The notes under the pieces are model-generated. The model had not been told where the DNA came from. It searched no databases and was given only the letters and a program-made list of their open reading frames with translations. A program made the translations under genes and the position numbers. Below, piece by piece: positions 1-11,609 of a stretch of 64,000 nt of DNA; within the stretch, counting starts at the first letter, position 1; each line of letters starts with the position of its first letter. The DNA lies in NCBI GenBank assembly GCA_963667785.2, contig CAXXMU010000001.1:672001-736000 (forward strand). The letters run 5' to 3'. Source of the stretch: Alphaproteobacteria bacterium. Its GTDB lineage: Bacteria > Pseudomonadota > Alphaproteobacteria > UBA828.

Positions 1-485
1 GCGACACGTCGCGCCTCTCGCTCCTCAATTTCGAGCGCTACACCATCGACCTGGGCGACTTCGTCCAGTCCGGCGGCTCCCGCCATCGCGAGCCGCGCGA
101 GCGCTTCATCGACGAGCTGCTCAGCCCCGACGCCGAAGGGGTCGAGACGATGCGCGGCAAGTTCCTCTCCGAGGCGCACAGCCGCATCGTCACGCCCCTT
201 TTCGCCTACGTGCTCATGGCGATCGCCATGGCGGCGCTGCTCTCCGGCAACGTCGACCGGCGCGGATACTGGCGGCGCATGCTCGTCGCCATCGCGGCCG
301 CGGTGCTGTTCGAGGCCCTGGCGCTCTTCCTGGTGAATGCGAGCGCCAAGAACAGCCAGCTCATCCCGCTCATGTACCTGAACCCCGCGCTCGTGATCGC
401 CGTCGCGGTCGTCTTCATGCGCCGCCGCCTGCTGCGGCTGCTCGGCGGCCGCACTGCGGCGCTCGGGCCCGGCGCGCAGGGATAG
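1..485 (+). CDS. lptF: LPS export ABC transporter permease LptF (5' truncated by window)
   Basis: Open frame from base 3 (DTSRLSLLNFERYTIDL...EAHSRIVTPL) with C-terminal TM helices; directly upstream of lptG. Confidence 0.9.
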   Translation, partial: DTSRLSLLNFERYTIDLGDFVQSGGSRHREPRERFIDELLSPDAEGVETMRGKFLSEAHSRIVTPLFAYVLMAIAMAALLSGNVDRRGYWRRMLVAIAAAVLFEALALFLVNASAKNSQLIPLMYLNPALVIAVAVVFMRRRLLRLLGGRTAALGPGAQG

Positions 486-495
486 GGCACGCGCG

Positions 496-1590
496 ATGCG
501 CCTCTCCGGCACGCTCTCACTCTACATGGGCAGGCAGTACCTGCAGCACGTCGCGCTCGTCTTCCTGCTCGTCATCCTGACCATCCTCATCGCGGACACG
601 ATCGAGCTGCTGCGCCGTGCCTCCGGGTCCGACAAGACCGCCACCCTCGAAATCGTCCTCCGGATGGCGTCGCTGCACATTCCCTTCATGGCCCAGAAGG
701 CGCTGCCCTTCGTCGTGCTCGTCGGCGGCATCGTGACCTTTGCCAAGCTGACGCGGAGCCGCGAGCTCGTGGTCGCGCGGGCGGCGGGGGTCTCGGTATG
801 GCAGTTCATCCTGCCGGTGCTCATCATCTCCGCGCTGCTCGGCGGCCTCTTCATGATGGTCATCAACCCGCTCGCCTCGGCCACCACCGCGCGCTTCGAG
901 CAGATGGACGCGACCCACCTGCGTGGCAGCTCCAGCCTCATGGCTCTGTCCAAGTCCGGGATCTGGCTCAGACAGGGCGATGCGGAAGGACAGTCGGTGG
1001 TTCACGCCGAGCGGATCGATCAGGACACGACGACCCTGCATGACGCCATCATCTTCCTGTACGCAGAGGAGGATCACTTCGTCGGTCGCATCGATGCCGC
1101 CGAGGCCCGGCTCGAGGACGGATACTGGAACCTCACCGACGCCCTCTTCAGCGCCCCGGACGAGCCCGCCCGGCATCGGGCGAACGCCCGCATCCCGACC
1201 GATCTGACCCTGGAGCGCATCCAGAACAGTTTCTCGCCACCGGAGACGCTCTCCTTCTGGGCCCTGCCGGGCTTCATCGACGTGCTCGAAGAGTCCGGCT
1301 TTTCGTCCGTCAAGCACCACCTGCACTGGCATTCGCTCCTGGCCGGTCCGCTGCTGCTGTGCGCCATGGTCCTGATCGCGGCGACCTTCTCGCTGCGTTT
1401 CACGCGGCGCGGCACCTGGGTGCTGGTCGCGGGCGGGCTGCTCACGGGCTTCCTCTTCTACTTCCTTTCCGACCTCGTGCTCGCCCTCGGCATTTCCGGC
1501 AAGCTGCCGCCCATACTCGCGGCGTGGACGCCGGCGGGCATCTTCACGCTGGTCGGCGTCGCGGGGCTCTTCCACCTCGAGGATGGCTAG
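496..1590 (+). CDS. lptG: LPS export ABC transporter permease LptG
   Basis: YjgP/YjgQ motifs (ELVVARAAGVSVWQF, LPPILAAWTP, LEDG end); lptF-lptG-lptD order. Confidence 0.93.
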   Translation: MRLSGTLSLYMGRQYLQHVALVFLLVILTILIADTIELLRRASGSDKTATLEIVLRMASLHIPFMAQKALPFVVLVGGIVTFAKLTRSRELVVARAAGVSVWQFILPVLIISALLGGLFMMVINPLASATTARFEQMDATHLRGSSSLMALSKSGIWLRQGDAEGQSVVHAERIDQDTTTLHDAIIFLYAEEDHFVGRIDAAEARLEDGYWNLTDALFSAPDEPARHRANARIPTDLTLERIQNSFSPPETLSFWALPGFIDVLEESGFSSVKHHLHWHSLLAGPLLLCAMVLIAATFSLRFTRRGTWVLVAGGLLTGFLFYFLSDLVLALGISGKLPPILAAWTPAGIFTLVGVAGLFHLEDG

Positions 1591-3757
1591 CGCCCGCATC
1601 ATGAGGGTCGTCTTGTGGCTGGCGTTTGCGGGCCTTCTCGGGCTGTACGCGCCGGCGGCGGGTGCACAGCAGGCCGGCGACGAGCCCGGCCTGCGCGAGG
1701 CGTTCGTCGGCGACGTCCTGATGACCGCCGACGAGCTGGTCTATGAGGACGACGCCGACACGGTCATCGCGTCGGGCAACGTCGAGGTGGCCCAGGGCGG
1801 GCGGGTGCTGCGCGCCGCCCACATCCGCTACAGGCGCGGCGACGGGGTGGTGACGGCATCGGGCGATGTTGCGCTGCTGGAGCCGGGCGGCGAGGTGATG
1901 TTCGCCGATTCCGTGGAGCTCACCGGCAACCTGCGGAACGGCGTGATCCGTCGTCTCAGCGCGCTCCTGACCGACGATTCGCGGCTCACCGCGAGCAGCG
2001 CCCGGCGCACGGACGGCAACCGCACGGCGATGCGGAAGGCGGTGTTCTCTCCCTGCGAGCTGTGCCCCGACAATCCCGAGCGGGCGCCGCTCTGGCAGAT
2101 CAAGGCCGACGCCGTGATCCACGACCAGGAGGCACGCTCGCTGACCTACAACGACGCCTGGCTCGAATTCTTCGGCACGCCCGTCCTGTACACGCCCTAT
2201 TTCCGCCACCCCGACCCGACCGTGGACCGCCAGACGGGATTCCTGGTCCCGCGCTACCGGAGCTCGACCGCCCTCGGCGTGGACGTGACGGTCCCCTACT
2301 ACTGGGCCTTGGCTCCGAACCGGGACCTGACCTTCTCGCCGCGCTTCACCTCCGAAGAGGGCGTGGTGCTGGCGAGCGAGTACCGCGAGCGCACGCGGGA
2401 CGGCCGCTTCAGCATCGATGCCAGCCTCACCCGGGCCAACACCCCGTCCGAGGACAACCGCAGGATGCGCGGGCATCTCTTCGGCGAGGGCGCGTTCGAT
2501 ATCGACCGGGAATCGCGCTGGGGCTTCACCCTGGAGCGAGCCCTCGACGACACCTATCTGAACCGCTACGACATCTCGTCGAAGGACGATCTGATCACGA
2601 ATCTGTTCGCGGAGCTATACCGGCAGCGCAGCTACGTGGCCGGCAACGGCTACGCCTTCCAGAGCCTGCGCGCCGGCTACCAGGGCGACCGCACCCCGAT
2701 CGTCCTCCCCCTGCTCGAAGCGAGCGTCGTGAGCGCGCCGCGCTACGCCGGCGGCTACACCACGCTCGACGCGAACCTCATGGTGCTGGAGCGGCTGGAA
2801 GGGAACGACAGCCGGCGCTTCTCGATCACCGGCGGCTGGCACCGGCCGGCCATCCTGGCAGGCGGCCACGTCGTCCGGCTGGATGCGAGCGTGCGCGGCG
2901 ACATCTACCACGCCTACCTCTCCGACGCCGTCTCGCGGCTGCTCGACAGGCCGCAAAGCGAGACCGCCTGGCGGCTGGTGCCCGAGTTCGCCACCGAATG
3001 GCGCTTTCCGCTCGTCGCCCGCATCGGGACGATCCGCCAGCTCGTGGAGCCGATCGTGCAGGGTGTCTTCAGCCCCTACGGCGTCAACCCCGGAGAGATT
3101 CCCAACGAGGACAGCCGGGACCTCGAGTTCGACCACACCAATCTGTTCAGCACCAACCGCTTCCCCGGCTTCGACCGCATCGAGACCGGGCTGCGCGTGA
3201 ACTACGGGGTTCGCCTCGGATTTTTCGGTCAGAACGGCGGCCGCGTGAGCGCCATAGTCGGACAAAGCGCTCGCGCGAAGGACGACAGGCAATTCTCTGA
3301 CGGCAGCGGGCTCGAACGCGAGCTCTCCGACGTCATCGGCCGTATATTCGTGCAGCCGTCGCCCTTGCTGGACCTTTCCTTGCGGTTTCGCCTCGACCAC
3401 CGCAACTTCGCCACCAGGCGCAACGAGATCGACCTCGACGCCGGCCCGGAGTGGCTGCGGGCGCGAATCGGTTTCGCCGACCTGGAACGGCAGCCCGAGA
3501 GCATCATTGGGGAGTCCGTCGGCGGCAGGGAGGGCGTGCTCGGCGTCACGTCGGGTCTCGCCGGCGGCTGGACGCTCTCCGCCGAGACCCGTCGCGACCT
3601 CAAGGACGATGCCAGCATCGACTGGAGGGCGGCTCTCGCCTATGAAGACGAATGCATCCGAATCAGCACCGGCATCTCGCGGTCCTTTACCCGCGACCGG
3701 GACATCCAGCCGGATACGGTCTTCCACCTGGCCGTCAAGCTGAGGCCTGCGGGGTGA
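1583..3757 (+). CDS. lptD: LPS assembly protein LptD
   Basis: Signal peptide, OstA-like N-terminus, FSPCELC, PDPTVDRQTGFL, IPNEDS, NRFPGFDRIE, YEDEC. Confidence 0.95.
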   Translation: MASARIMRVVLWLAFAGLLGLYAPAAGAQQAGDEPGLREAFVGDVLMTADELVYEDDADTVIASGNVEVAQGGRVLRAAHIRYRRGDGVVTASGDVALLEPGGEVMFADSVELTGNLRNGVIRRLSALLTDDSRLTASSARRTDGNRTAMRKAVFSPCELCPDNPERAPLWQIKADAVIHDQEARSLTYNDAWLEFFGTPVLYTPYFRHPDPTVDRQTGFLVPRYRSSTALGVDVTVPYYWALAPNRDLTFSPRFTSEEGVVLASEYRERTRDGRFSIDASLTRANTPSEDNRRMRGHLFGEGAFDIDRESRWGFTLERALDDTYLNRYDISSKDDLITNLFAELYRQRSYVAGNGYAFQSLRAGYQGDRTPIVLPLLEASVVSAPRYAGGYTTLDANLMVLERLEGNDSRRFSITGGWHRPAILAGGHVVRLDASVRGDIYHAYLSDAVSRLLDRPQSETAWRLVPEFATEWRFPLVARIGTIRQLVEPIVQGVFSPYGVNPGEIPNEDSRDLEFDHTNLFSTNRFPGFDRIETGLRVNYGVRLGFFGQNGGRVSAIVGQSARAKDDRQFSDGSGLERELSDVIGRIFVQPSPLLDLSLRFRLDHRNFATRRNEIDLDAGPEWLRARIGFADLERQPESIIGESVGGREGVLGVTSGLAGGWTLSAETRRDLKDDASIDWRAALAYEDECIRISTGISRSFTRDRDIQPDTVFHLAVKLRPAG

Positions 3758-3767
3758 GGCGGCGGTA

Positions 3768-4733
3768 ATGCGTCGTCCGATCGTCCGCGCGGCTCTGCTT
3801 ATGCTCGCGCTCCTGCCGCTCGCCTTAGGCCCGGCCGATGGCGCGCGTGGCCAGGAGGTCGTGCGAATCGCCGCAGTGGTCAACAACGAAGCGATCTCCG
3901 TTCCTGATCTCGTGGCGCGGATCGACGTCGCCATCGCCTCGTCCCGCCTGCGTGCCGACGACGAGCTGCGGCGCCAGCTTGCGCCGCAGGTGCTCCGCGC
4001 GATGATCGACGAGCGGCTGAAGCGGCAGGAGGCGGAGCGCCGCGAGGTGACGGTCGGCGAAGAGGAGATGGCCGGCGCGCTCAGGACCCTTGAGCAGCGC
4101 AACGGTATTCCCGAAGGCGGCTTCGAGGACTTCCTGAGAGACCAGGGTCTCGACGTGTCCTCGGTCAGGGAGCAGATCCGCGCCGAGATCCTGTGGGCCA
4201 AGCTGGTGCGTCGCCGCCTGGGGGCATCGGCCGCGGTCGGCGAAGGCGAGATCGACGAGGCGATCGCCCGTCTGGAGGCCAATCGAGGGCGTCCCGAATA
4301 CCGCGCCGCCGAGATCTTCCTCGCGGTGGACTCCGGTGAGGGCGAGGAGGAGGTGCGTGCCGCTGCGGCGGGCCTCTACGAGCAGCTTGCGGCGGGCGCG
4401 AGCTTCACTCAGATCGCCCGCCAGTTTTCGCAGAGTGCGACGGCCGCAGTCGGCGGCGACATCGGCTGGGTCGTCGAGGGGCAGCTCCCGAGCGAGATCG
4501 ACGATGTGCTTGCGCGCATCGAGCCGGGAGACATCGCCCCGCCGGTGCGGTCGTTCGACGGCTACTACATCATCTCCTTGATCGATCGCCGCACGGTGCT
4601 CTCGAGCGCGTCCTCCGCCGGCCCGGATCGGGAGGAGATCCGGCAGGAGATCGCAGGGCGGCGCATGGAAATGCTCGCCCGGCGCTACGTGCGCGACCTG
4701 CACCGGTCGGCCTTCATCGACATACGCATTTGA
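3768..4733 (+). CDS. surA: SurA-like periplasmic chaperone/parvulin PPIase
   Basis: IAAVVNNEAIS N-terminus, parvulin motif FTQIARQFSQSATAAVGGDIGW; follows lptD. Confidence 0.9.
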   Translation: MRRPIVRAALLMLALLPLALGPADGARGQEVVRIAAVVNNEAISVPDLVARIDVAIASSRLRADDELRRQLAPQVLRAMIDERLKRQEAERREVTVGEEEMAGALRTLEQRNGIPEGGFEDFLRDQGLDVSSVREQIRAEILWAKLVRRRLGASAAVGEGEIDEAIARLEANRGRPEYRAAEIFLAVDSGEGEEEVRAAAAGLYEQLAAGASFTQIARQFSQSATAAVGGDIGWVVEGQLPSEIDDVLARIEPGDIAPPVRSFDGYYIISLIDRRTVLSSASSAGPDREEIRQEIAGRRMEMLARRYVRDLHRSAFIDIRI

Positions 4734-5611
4734 GCGGCGGCGGCGTCCCCGATGCGGCCGGCGGCGAGCGAGAGGGCCCGCTGGCGCCGCTCTCCGCCGT
4801 CATCGCCCGCCACGGGCTCCGGCCCAGACGCGCGCTGGGGCAGCACTTCCTCCTCGACCCCGGGCTCTGCGGCAGGATCGCACGGGCGGCCCGGCCCCAC
4901 GCGGCGAGCGCCATCCTGGAGGTCGGCCCCGGGCCGGGCGGCCTGACGCGGGCGCTGCTCGCCGCCGGCGCCGCCCGCATCGTCGCGGTCGAGAAGGACC
5001 GCCGCTGCGTCGCCGCGCTGCAGGAGCTCGCGGCCCGCTTTCCCGGCCGGCTCGAGATCGTTGAGGGCGACGCGCTGGCCTTCGACGTGGCGTCCGTCGC
5101 GCCTGCCCGGATCGGGATCGTCGCCAATCTTCCCTACAATATCGGCACACGGCTGCTGCTGCGCTGGCTGGATCGGGCCGAGCGCATCGACAGCATGACG
5201 CTGATGTTCCAGAAGGAGGTGGCGACGCGGCTCACCGCGACCGGCGGGCGGGAATACGGCGGGCTATCGGTGCGCGCACAGTGGCTCTGCGACTGCGAGC
5301 GGCTGTTCGACGTGAGCCCCGGCTCCTTCCAGCCGCCGCCCGCCGTGACCTCGACGGTGGTGCGCCTGGTGCCGAGAGCGGAGCCGTTGGCGCCGGCGGA
5401 GCCTGACGCGCTGGACGACGTGACGCGCGCGGCGTTCGGCCAGCGGAGAAAGATGCTGCGCAGCGCCCTTCGCAGGCTCACCCGAGACCCGCATGCCCTG
5501 CTGGAAGGCGCCGGCATTGCGCCGGAGGCGCGGGCCGAGACGCTCTCGGTCGCGGATTTCTGCGCGCTGGCGCGGACCTGGGCCGCCATGCGGCGGGCGG
5601 AGGAGCCATAA
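4730..5611 (+). CDS. rsmA: 16S rRNA m6,2A dimethyltransferase RsmA/KsgA
   Basis: LGQHFL, LEVGPGPGGLT, ANLPYNI, MFQKEVA, FGQRRKMLR. Confidence 0.95.
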   Translation: MSGGGVPDAAGGEREGPLAPLSAVIARHGLRPRRALGQHFLLDPGLCGRIARAARPHAASAILEVGPGPGGLTRALLAAGAARIVAVEKDRRCVAALQELAARFPGRLEIVEGDALAFDVASVAPARIGIVANLPYNIGTRLLLRWLDRAERIDSMTLMFQKEVATRLTATGGREYGGLSVRAQWLCDCERLFDVSPGSFQPPPAVTSTVVRLVPRAEPLAPAEPDALDDVTRAAFGQRRKMLRSALRRLTRDPHALLEGAGIAPEARAETLSVADFCALARTWAAMRRAEEP

Positions 5612-5761
5612 TTCCGCTTGCCAACGGGCCCGGCACGCCTTAGTCACCCTGCCGTCATGCCAGTCAATGCTCGCCTGCGACGACGAGACGCCTGACCCCG
5701 CCGCGCCACCGGCGCGGCGGCTGCTCCACCCAGCCCGTCCGTCGTCGAGAGCCGAGCCATC

Positions 5762-6277
5762 ATGACTCCCATCCGTCCCGAGGGGCCGCAAGACGGCCCG
5801 CATATCGAAGCCCTGCTCGACCGCGCCTTCGGCGCGGACCGTCACGCCCGTCCCTCCTACCGCCTGCGCGACGGCATCCGACCGATTGAGAGCCTCTGCT
5901 TCGTCGCGGAGGCCGAGGGCCGGATCGTCGGCACGATCCGTCACTGGCCTGTCCGCATCGGCGATGCGGGGCGTGCGCTGCTGCTGGGGCCGATCGCGGT
6001 CGAGCCTGCCCGCGAGCGCCAGGGGATCGGCGGCCATCTGGTGCGGACAGGCCTGGATCGGGCCGCAGCCGCAGGGCACGAGGCGGTCGTCGCGGTCGGC
6101 ACGCCGGCGTTTCTCGGCCGCTTCGGGTTCGCGGCCGCGGGGCCGTTCGGGATCACGCTTCCCGGACTGGACGATCCGCGCCGGCTGCTCGCCCTGCCGC
6201 TCGTCCCGGGCGCGCTCGAAGGCGCGGGCGGTGCGGTCCGCCGCTTCAGTCCGCCGGCGGTTCCGCCCCCTTCGTGA
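5762..6277 (+). CDS. GNAT family N-acetyltransferase (YhbS-like)
   Basis: IRPE start, LLGPIAVEP..RQGIG acetyl-CoA motif, RFGF. Confidence 0.85.
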   Translation: MTPIRPEGPQDGPHIEALLDRAFGADRHARPSYRLRDGIRPIESLCFVAEAEGRIVGTIRHWPVRIGDAGRALLLGPIAVEPARERQGIGGHLVRTGLDRAAAAGHEAVVAVGTPAFLGRFGFAAAGPFGITLPGLDDPRRLLALPLVPGALEGAGGAVRRFSPPAVPPPS

Positions 6278-6932
6278 GGCCCGCCACGAAGTCGTCGAGT
6301 CCTCTCAGGCGGCCGCGGCGCAGCCGTTCCGCGCGGAGGATCGAGCGCACGTCGATGACGGCCTGCTCCAGCGCGGCGTTGACCACGACGTAGTCGTACT
6401 CGTCGTAGTGCCGCATCTCGTCGCCGGCCCGGCTCATGCGCTGGGCCACCACGGCCGCGCTGTCCTGCGCGCGGCGCTTGAGTCGCTGCTCCAGCGCCTC
6501 CAGCGACGGCGGCAGGATGAAGATGCGGACGAGGTCGCCGCGCACGGCCTCGGCGAGCTGCTGGCTGCCCTGCCAGTCGATGTCGAAGATCACGTCGCGG
6601 CCGGCCTCGACGGCGCTTTCGACCGGATCGCGTGCGGTGCCGTACCAGTGGCCGAAGACCTCGGCGTGCTCGAGAAACGCCCCGCGATCCCGGAGCCGCG
6701 CGAAGCCGGCCTCGTCGACGAAGTGGTAGTCGCGGCCGTCGATCTCGTCCGGCCGCTTCGGCCGCGTAGTGTGGGAGACCGAGATCGTGACCTCCTCGCC
6801 CTCCAGCTCGACCAGGCGGCGGGTGATCGTCGTCTTGCCGGCGCCCGAGGGCGAGGAGAGTACCAGCAGGAGGCCCCGGCGTCCGAGGCGCCCGAGGCGT
6901 TCGAGGGTAGCGTCACTGCCCGCGGTGCCCAT
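6246..6932 (-). CDS. gmk: Guanylate kinase
   Basis: SSPSGAGKTT, SHTTRPKRPDEIDGRDYHF, DIDWQG. Confidence 0.96.
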   Translation of the reverse strand: MGTAGSDATLERLGRLGRRGLLLVLSSPSGAGKTTITRRLVELEGEEVTISVSHTTRPKRPDEIDGRDYHFVDEAGFARLRDRGAFLEHAEVFGHWYGTARDPVESAVEAGRDVIFDIDWQGSQQLAEAVRGDLVRIFILPPSLEALEQRLKRRAQDSAAVVAQRMSRAGDEMRHYDEYDYVVVNAALEQAVIDVRSILRAERLRRGRLRGLDDFVAGLTKGAEPPAD

Positions 6933-6935
6933 GGC

Positions 6936-7832
6936 CTACTCGACGTTCTGCGCCTGCTCGCGGAAGCGGTCGATGGCCGCCTTGAGCGCGAGGCCGGTGT
7001 CCGTGAGCGCGGCATCGGAGGCCTTGGAGCAGAGGGTGTTGGCCTCCCGGTTGAACTCCTGGGCGAGGAAATCCAGCTTGCGCCCGACCGCGCCGTCCGC
7101 CTCGAGGTAACGCGCCGCCGCGGCGCAGTGAGACGCGAGCCGGTCGATCTCCTCGGTCACGTCGATCTTGACCGCGAGCAGCGCAAGCTCCGCCGCCAGC
7201 CGCTCCTCCGGCATCGGCGCGCCGGCGTCGAGCAAGGCCGCCACCTGCGCGCGCAACCGCTCGCCATGCGCTTCGAGGCGCGTGGGCGCCAGGGTCTCCG
7301 CCCGCCGGGTCAGGGCCGCGATCTCCTCGATCTGCTGCGCGAGCGCCGCAGCCATCGCCGCCCCCTCCGCCCGTCGCTCGCGCACGAGCTCGCCGAGCGC
7401 GGCATCGAGGGTCTCCAGCATGGCGCCGTCGTCCCCGGTGGCGTCTTGGTCGTCGCTCGCCTCGGCGGACTCGATGACGCCGCGCAGCGCCAGCAGGCCG
7501 TCGAGGCGCGGCGGGGCGATGCCCTCGTGCGCGCGATAGTTGGAAGCGAGCGCGACCAGCTCGTCGAGCCATGCCCTGTTGACGCGCATGGCCGCCTCCC
7601 CCGGCGCTTGGCCGAGCCTGAGGCCCACCGTGACGCTGCCGCGCCGGAGCCGTGCCGCCACCGCGCTGCGGACCGCCGGGTCGAGCCGCTCCATGCCGGC
7701 CGGCAGGCGGCAGCGGATATCGAGCGAGCGCCCGTTCACGCTCCTGACCTCCCAGCTCCAGACGCTCGCGCCGGCACCGCCGCTCGCGCGCGCGAAGCCG
7801 GTCATGCTGGAGAGGCCCGCAGCGCCGCCCAT
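6936..7832 (-). CDS. yicC: YicC family endoribonuclease
   Basis: SMTGFAR, SVNGRSLD, EEIDRL, GRKLDFLAQEFNREANTLCSK, REQAQNVE; start set to ATG at 7832. Confidence 0.93.
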   Translation of the reverse strand: MGGAAGLSSMTGFARASGGAGASVWSWEVRSVNGRSLDIRCRLPAGMERLDPAVRSAVAARLRRGSVTVGLRLGQAPGEAAMRVNRAWLDELVALASNYRAHEGIAPPRLDGLLALRGVIESAEASDDQDATGDDGAMLETLDAALGELVRERRAEGAAMAAALAQQIEEIAALTRRAETLAPTRLEAHGERLRAQVAALLDAGAPMPEERLAAELALLAVKIDVTEEIDRLASHCAAAARYLEADGAVGRKLDFLAQEFNREANTLCSKASDAALTDTGLALKAAIDRFREQAQNVE

Positions 7833-7845
7833 TCGCGCTCTCCCG

Positions 7846-8841
7846 CTACTGCCCGTCCGTCGCCCGCTGCGCCCGCCAGCGTGCGACGTTGCGGTTGTGC
7901 TCGTCGAGGGTCTCGGCGAAGGCGTGCCCGCCGCTGCCGTCGGCGACGAAGTAGAGGGCGGTGCTTTCCGCCGGCTGCATGACGGCGGCAAGCGCCGCGC
8001 GACCGGGATTGGCGATGGGCCCCGGCGGCAGGCCGCGCACGCGGTAGGTGTTGTAGGGGCTGTCGACGCGGAGATCGGACCGGGTCAGCGCCCGGCCGAG
8101 CGGACCCTCGCCGCCGGTCAGCGCGTAGATGACGGTCGGGTCCGATTGCAGCCGCATGTTCTCGCGCAACCGGTTGAGGAAGACGGCGGCGATCACCGGC
8201 CGCTCGTCGGCGACGCCGGTCTCCTTCTCCACGACGGAGGCCAGCACCACCGCCTGCTGCGCGTTGTCGAGAGCGAGCGTCGGGTCGCGCGTCTGCCACA
8301 GCTCCTCGACCAGCCGGGTCATGGCGTGCTGCATGCGCTCGACGAGGCCGGCGCGGCTGTCGCTAAGCGCGTAGTGATAGGTCTCGGGCAGGAGCGAGCC
8401 TTCCGGCGGCATCGCCGCGATCTCGCCCTCGAGCCTGGACGTCGCGTCGAGCGCGGCCACGATCTCCGCACTGGTCATTCCCTCGGCGACGGTGAAGCGG
8501 TGCACGACGGTATCGCCGGCCACCAACTTCTCCTTCACGCCGCGCGGCGTGACCAGCGCCTCGAACGCGTACTCGCCCGGCTTGAGCGCGTGCTGCTCGT
8601 CCTCGATCCAGAGGCCGGCGACGAAGAGGACCGGATCGTCGATGACCCCCGCCTCGGCCAGCCGGTCGGCGATGTCGAAGGCGCCCAGCCCCGGCGGCAG
8701 GACGAGGGTGTGCGCCTCGCGCAGCGGCCCCGGCGTGTCGAACTGGCCGTGGACGTAGAGCCAGCCGGCGATGGCGAGCACGACCGCAAGGCCGAACGCG
8801 ACCGCGAGCCCCGTCAGCGGCCACAGGACGGCGCGCCTCAT
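7846..8841 (-). CDS. mltG: Endolytic transglycosylase MltG
   Basis: EGSLLPETY, ASVVEKET, NRL...LQSDPT, SPYNTY, GLPPGPIANPG. Confidence 0.95.
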   Translation of the reverse strand: MRRAVLWPLTGLAVAFGLAVVLAIAGWLYVHGQFDTPGPLREAHTLVLPPGLGAFDIADRLAEAGVIDDPVLFVAGLWIEDEQHALKPGEYAFEALVTPRGVKEKLVAGDTVVHRFTVAEGMTSAEIVAALDATSRLEGEIAAMPPEGSLLPETYHYALSDSRAGLVERMQHAMTRLVEELWQTRDPTLALDNAQQAVVLASVVEKETGVADERPVIAAVFLNRLRENMRLQSDPTVIYALTGGEGPLGRALTRSDLRVDSPYNTYRVRGLPPGPIANPGRAALAAVMQPAESTALYFVADGSGGHAFAETLDEHNRNVARWRAQRATDGQ

Positions 8842-8849
8842 CGCACCCC

Positions 8850-10121
<1,272 letters not shown>

Positions 10122-10190
10122 CCACGTCTCTCCGGCTGTCGCGGTCTCGCACAGGCCGCGTCTGCGCCATCGGCCCCTCTGGCCGCCCGG

Positions 10191-10430
10191 TCAGGTGATC
10201 TGCTCGATGTGGTCGATGGCGTCCTTCACCGTGAGGATCTTCTCGGCGGCGTCGTCGGGAATCTCGCAGCCGAACTCCTCCTCGAAGGCCATCACGAGCT
10301 CGACCGTATCGAGGCTGTCCGCGCCCAGATCGTCTATGAAGCTCGCGTTCTCGGTCACCTTTTCCTCTTCGATGCCAAGGTGATCGACGACGATTTTCTT
10401 GACGCGCGCGGCGATATCGTTATCGCTCAT
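10191..10430 (-). CDS. acpP: Acyl carrier protein
   Basis: [20 protein letters not shown]; start at MSDNDIA after GAGGGAAGG. Confidence 0.97.
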   Translation of the reverse strand: MSDNDIAARVKKIVVDHLGIEEEKVTENASFIDDLGADSLDTVELVMAFEEEFGCEIPDDAAEKILTVKDAIDHIEQIT

Positions 10431-10673
10431 GTAACCTTCCCTCGTCGGACTGCGTGAACGGCTTCGCCGGTCTGAACCAGCGGACAGCGGCCTCGCGCGG
10501 CTCGCGCACCCCAAGCGGGCCGGCCCGCGCGGACGGACGGGGCGCTAGGTAACACATTTTCAGGCGATACTCCATACGCTCGCACGGCGGCATCCGAGAG
10601 AGTGTCGATTCGAGCCCGAGGCCGGGCCGAGAGCCATGAGAGAGACACCGAATCCGCCGCCAGGCACGCGTCC

Positions 10674-11576
10674 ATGACCGATCGTCAGTCGCAACTCGCC
10701 GCCCCGCCCGGACGCCGGCGCGTGCTGCTGGGCTCCGCGCTCGTCGCGGCGTCCGGACTGATGTTCGCGCTGGCCGGCATGGGCATCAAGATGGCCGAGG
10801 AGAGCCTCTCCAGCTTCGAGGTCCTCTTCTGGCGCAACGTGCTGAGCCTCGCGATCCTCGCGCCGTGGGTGCTCTGGCACTGGCCGCGCTCGCTGCGTCC
10901 GGCCCATCGCGGCCTCATGGCGATGCGGGGCGTGGCGCTGGTGGCGGCGCTGCTCTGCTACTACCACGCAGTCAGCGTGCTGCCGCTTGCCGAGGCGGTG
11001 CTGCTCAACTTCAGCGCGCCCATCTTCGTGCCCGTCCTGGGTTTCCTGCTGTTCCGATTCGCGCTCGACGGCAGGGTGCTGGCGGCGGTGCTGATCGGCT
11101 TCGCGGGCGTCGCCCTGATCCTGAAGCCCGGAACCGAGTTCTTTCAGCCCGCAGCCCTGATTGGGGCTGCCTCCGGCGTGCTCGGCGGGCTGTCCGCCGT
11201 CGCCATCTGGAAGATGCCGACCGAGGAGAATCCGATCCGCATCGCCGTCTACTTCGCCCTGATCGGCATTCTCGTCACGCTCGCGCCGGTGCTGATGAAC
11301 CCGACCGTGCCCCCTGCGGAGGCCTGGCCCGGGCTGGTCATGCTGGGCGTCTTCTCCACCGCCGCGCACGTCCTCTTCGCGAAGGGCAGCCTCATCGCGC
11401 CGACCGACCGGGTCGGCACCTTCATCTACACGTCGGTGCTGTTCGCCGCCCTGTTCGGCTGGCTGTTCTGGGACGAGGGCCTGGACTGGCTCATGGCAGG
11501 CGGTGCGGTGCTGATCGTCGCAGCCGGCGTGATCGCCATCCGCGCCGGCCGACCCGGACGGGAAAACGTTTCCTGA
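10674..11576 (+). CDS. DMT/EamA family transporter
   Basis: About 10 hydrophobic helices in two EamA-like halves; start set to MTDRQ. Confidence 0.85.
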   Translation: MTDRQSQLAAPPGRRRVLLGSALVAASGLMFALAGMGIKMAEESLSSFEVLFWRNVLSLAILAPWVLWHWPRSLRPAHRGLMAMRGVALVAALLCYYHAVSVLPLAEAVLLNFSAPIFVPVLGFLLFRFALDGRVLAAVLIGFAGVALILKPGTEFFQPAALIGAASGVLGGLSAVAIWKMPTEENPIRIAVYFALIGILVTLAPVLMNPTVPPAEAWPGLVMLGVFSTAAHVLFAKGSLIAPTDRVGTFIYTSVLFAALFGWLFWDEGLDWLMAGGAVLIVAAGVIAIRAGRPGRENVS

Positions 11577-11609
11577 GGTGCGTACCGGCGAGGGGCGGGC
11601 GCGCCGGCC

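Noticed and set aside
7833-7991. N-terminal extension of yicC
   Set aside because: Overlaps mltG in another frame; the YicC motif SMTGF starts near 7832
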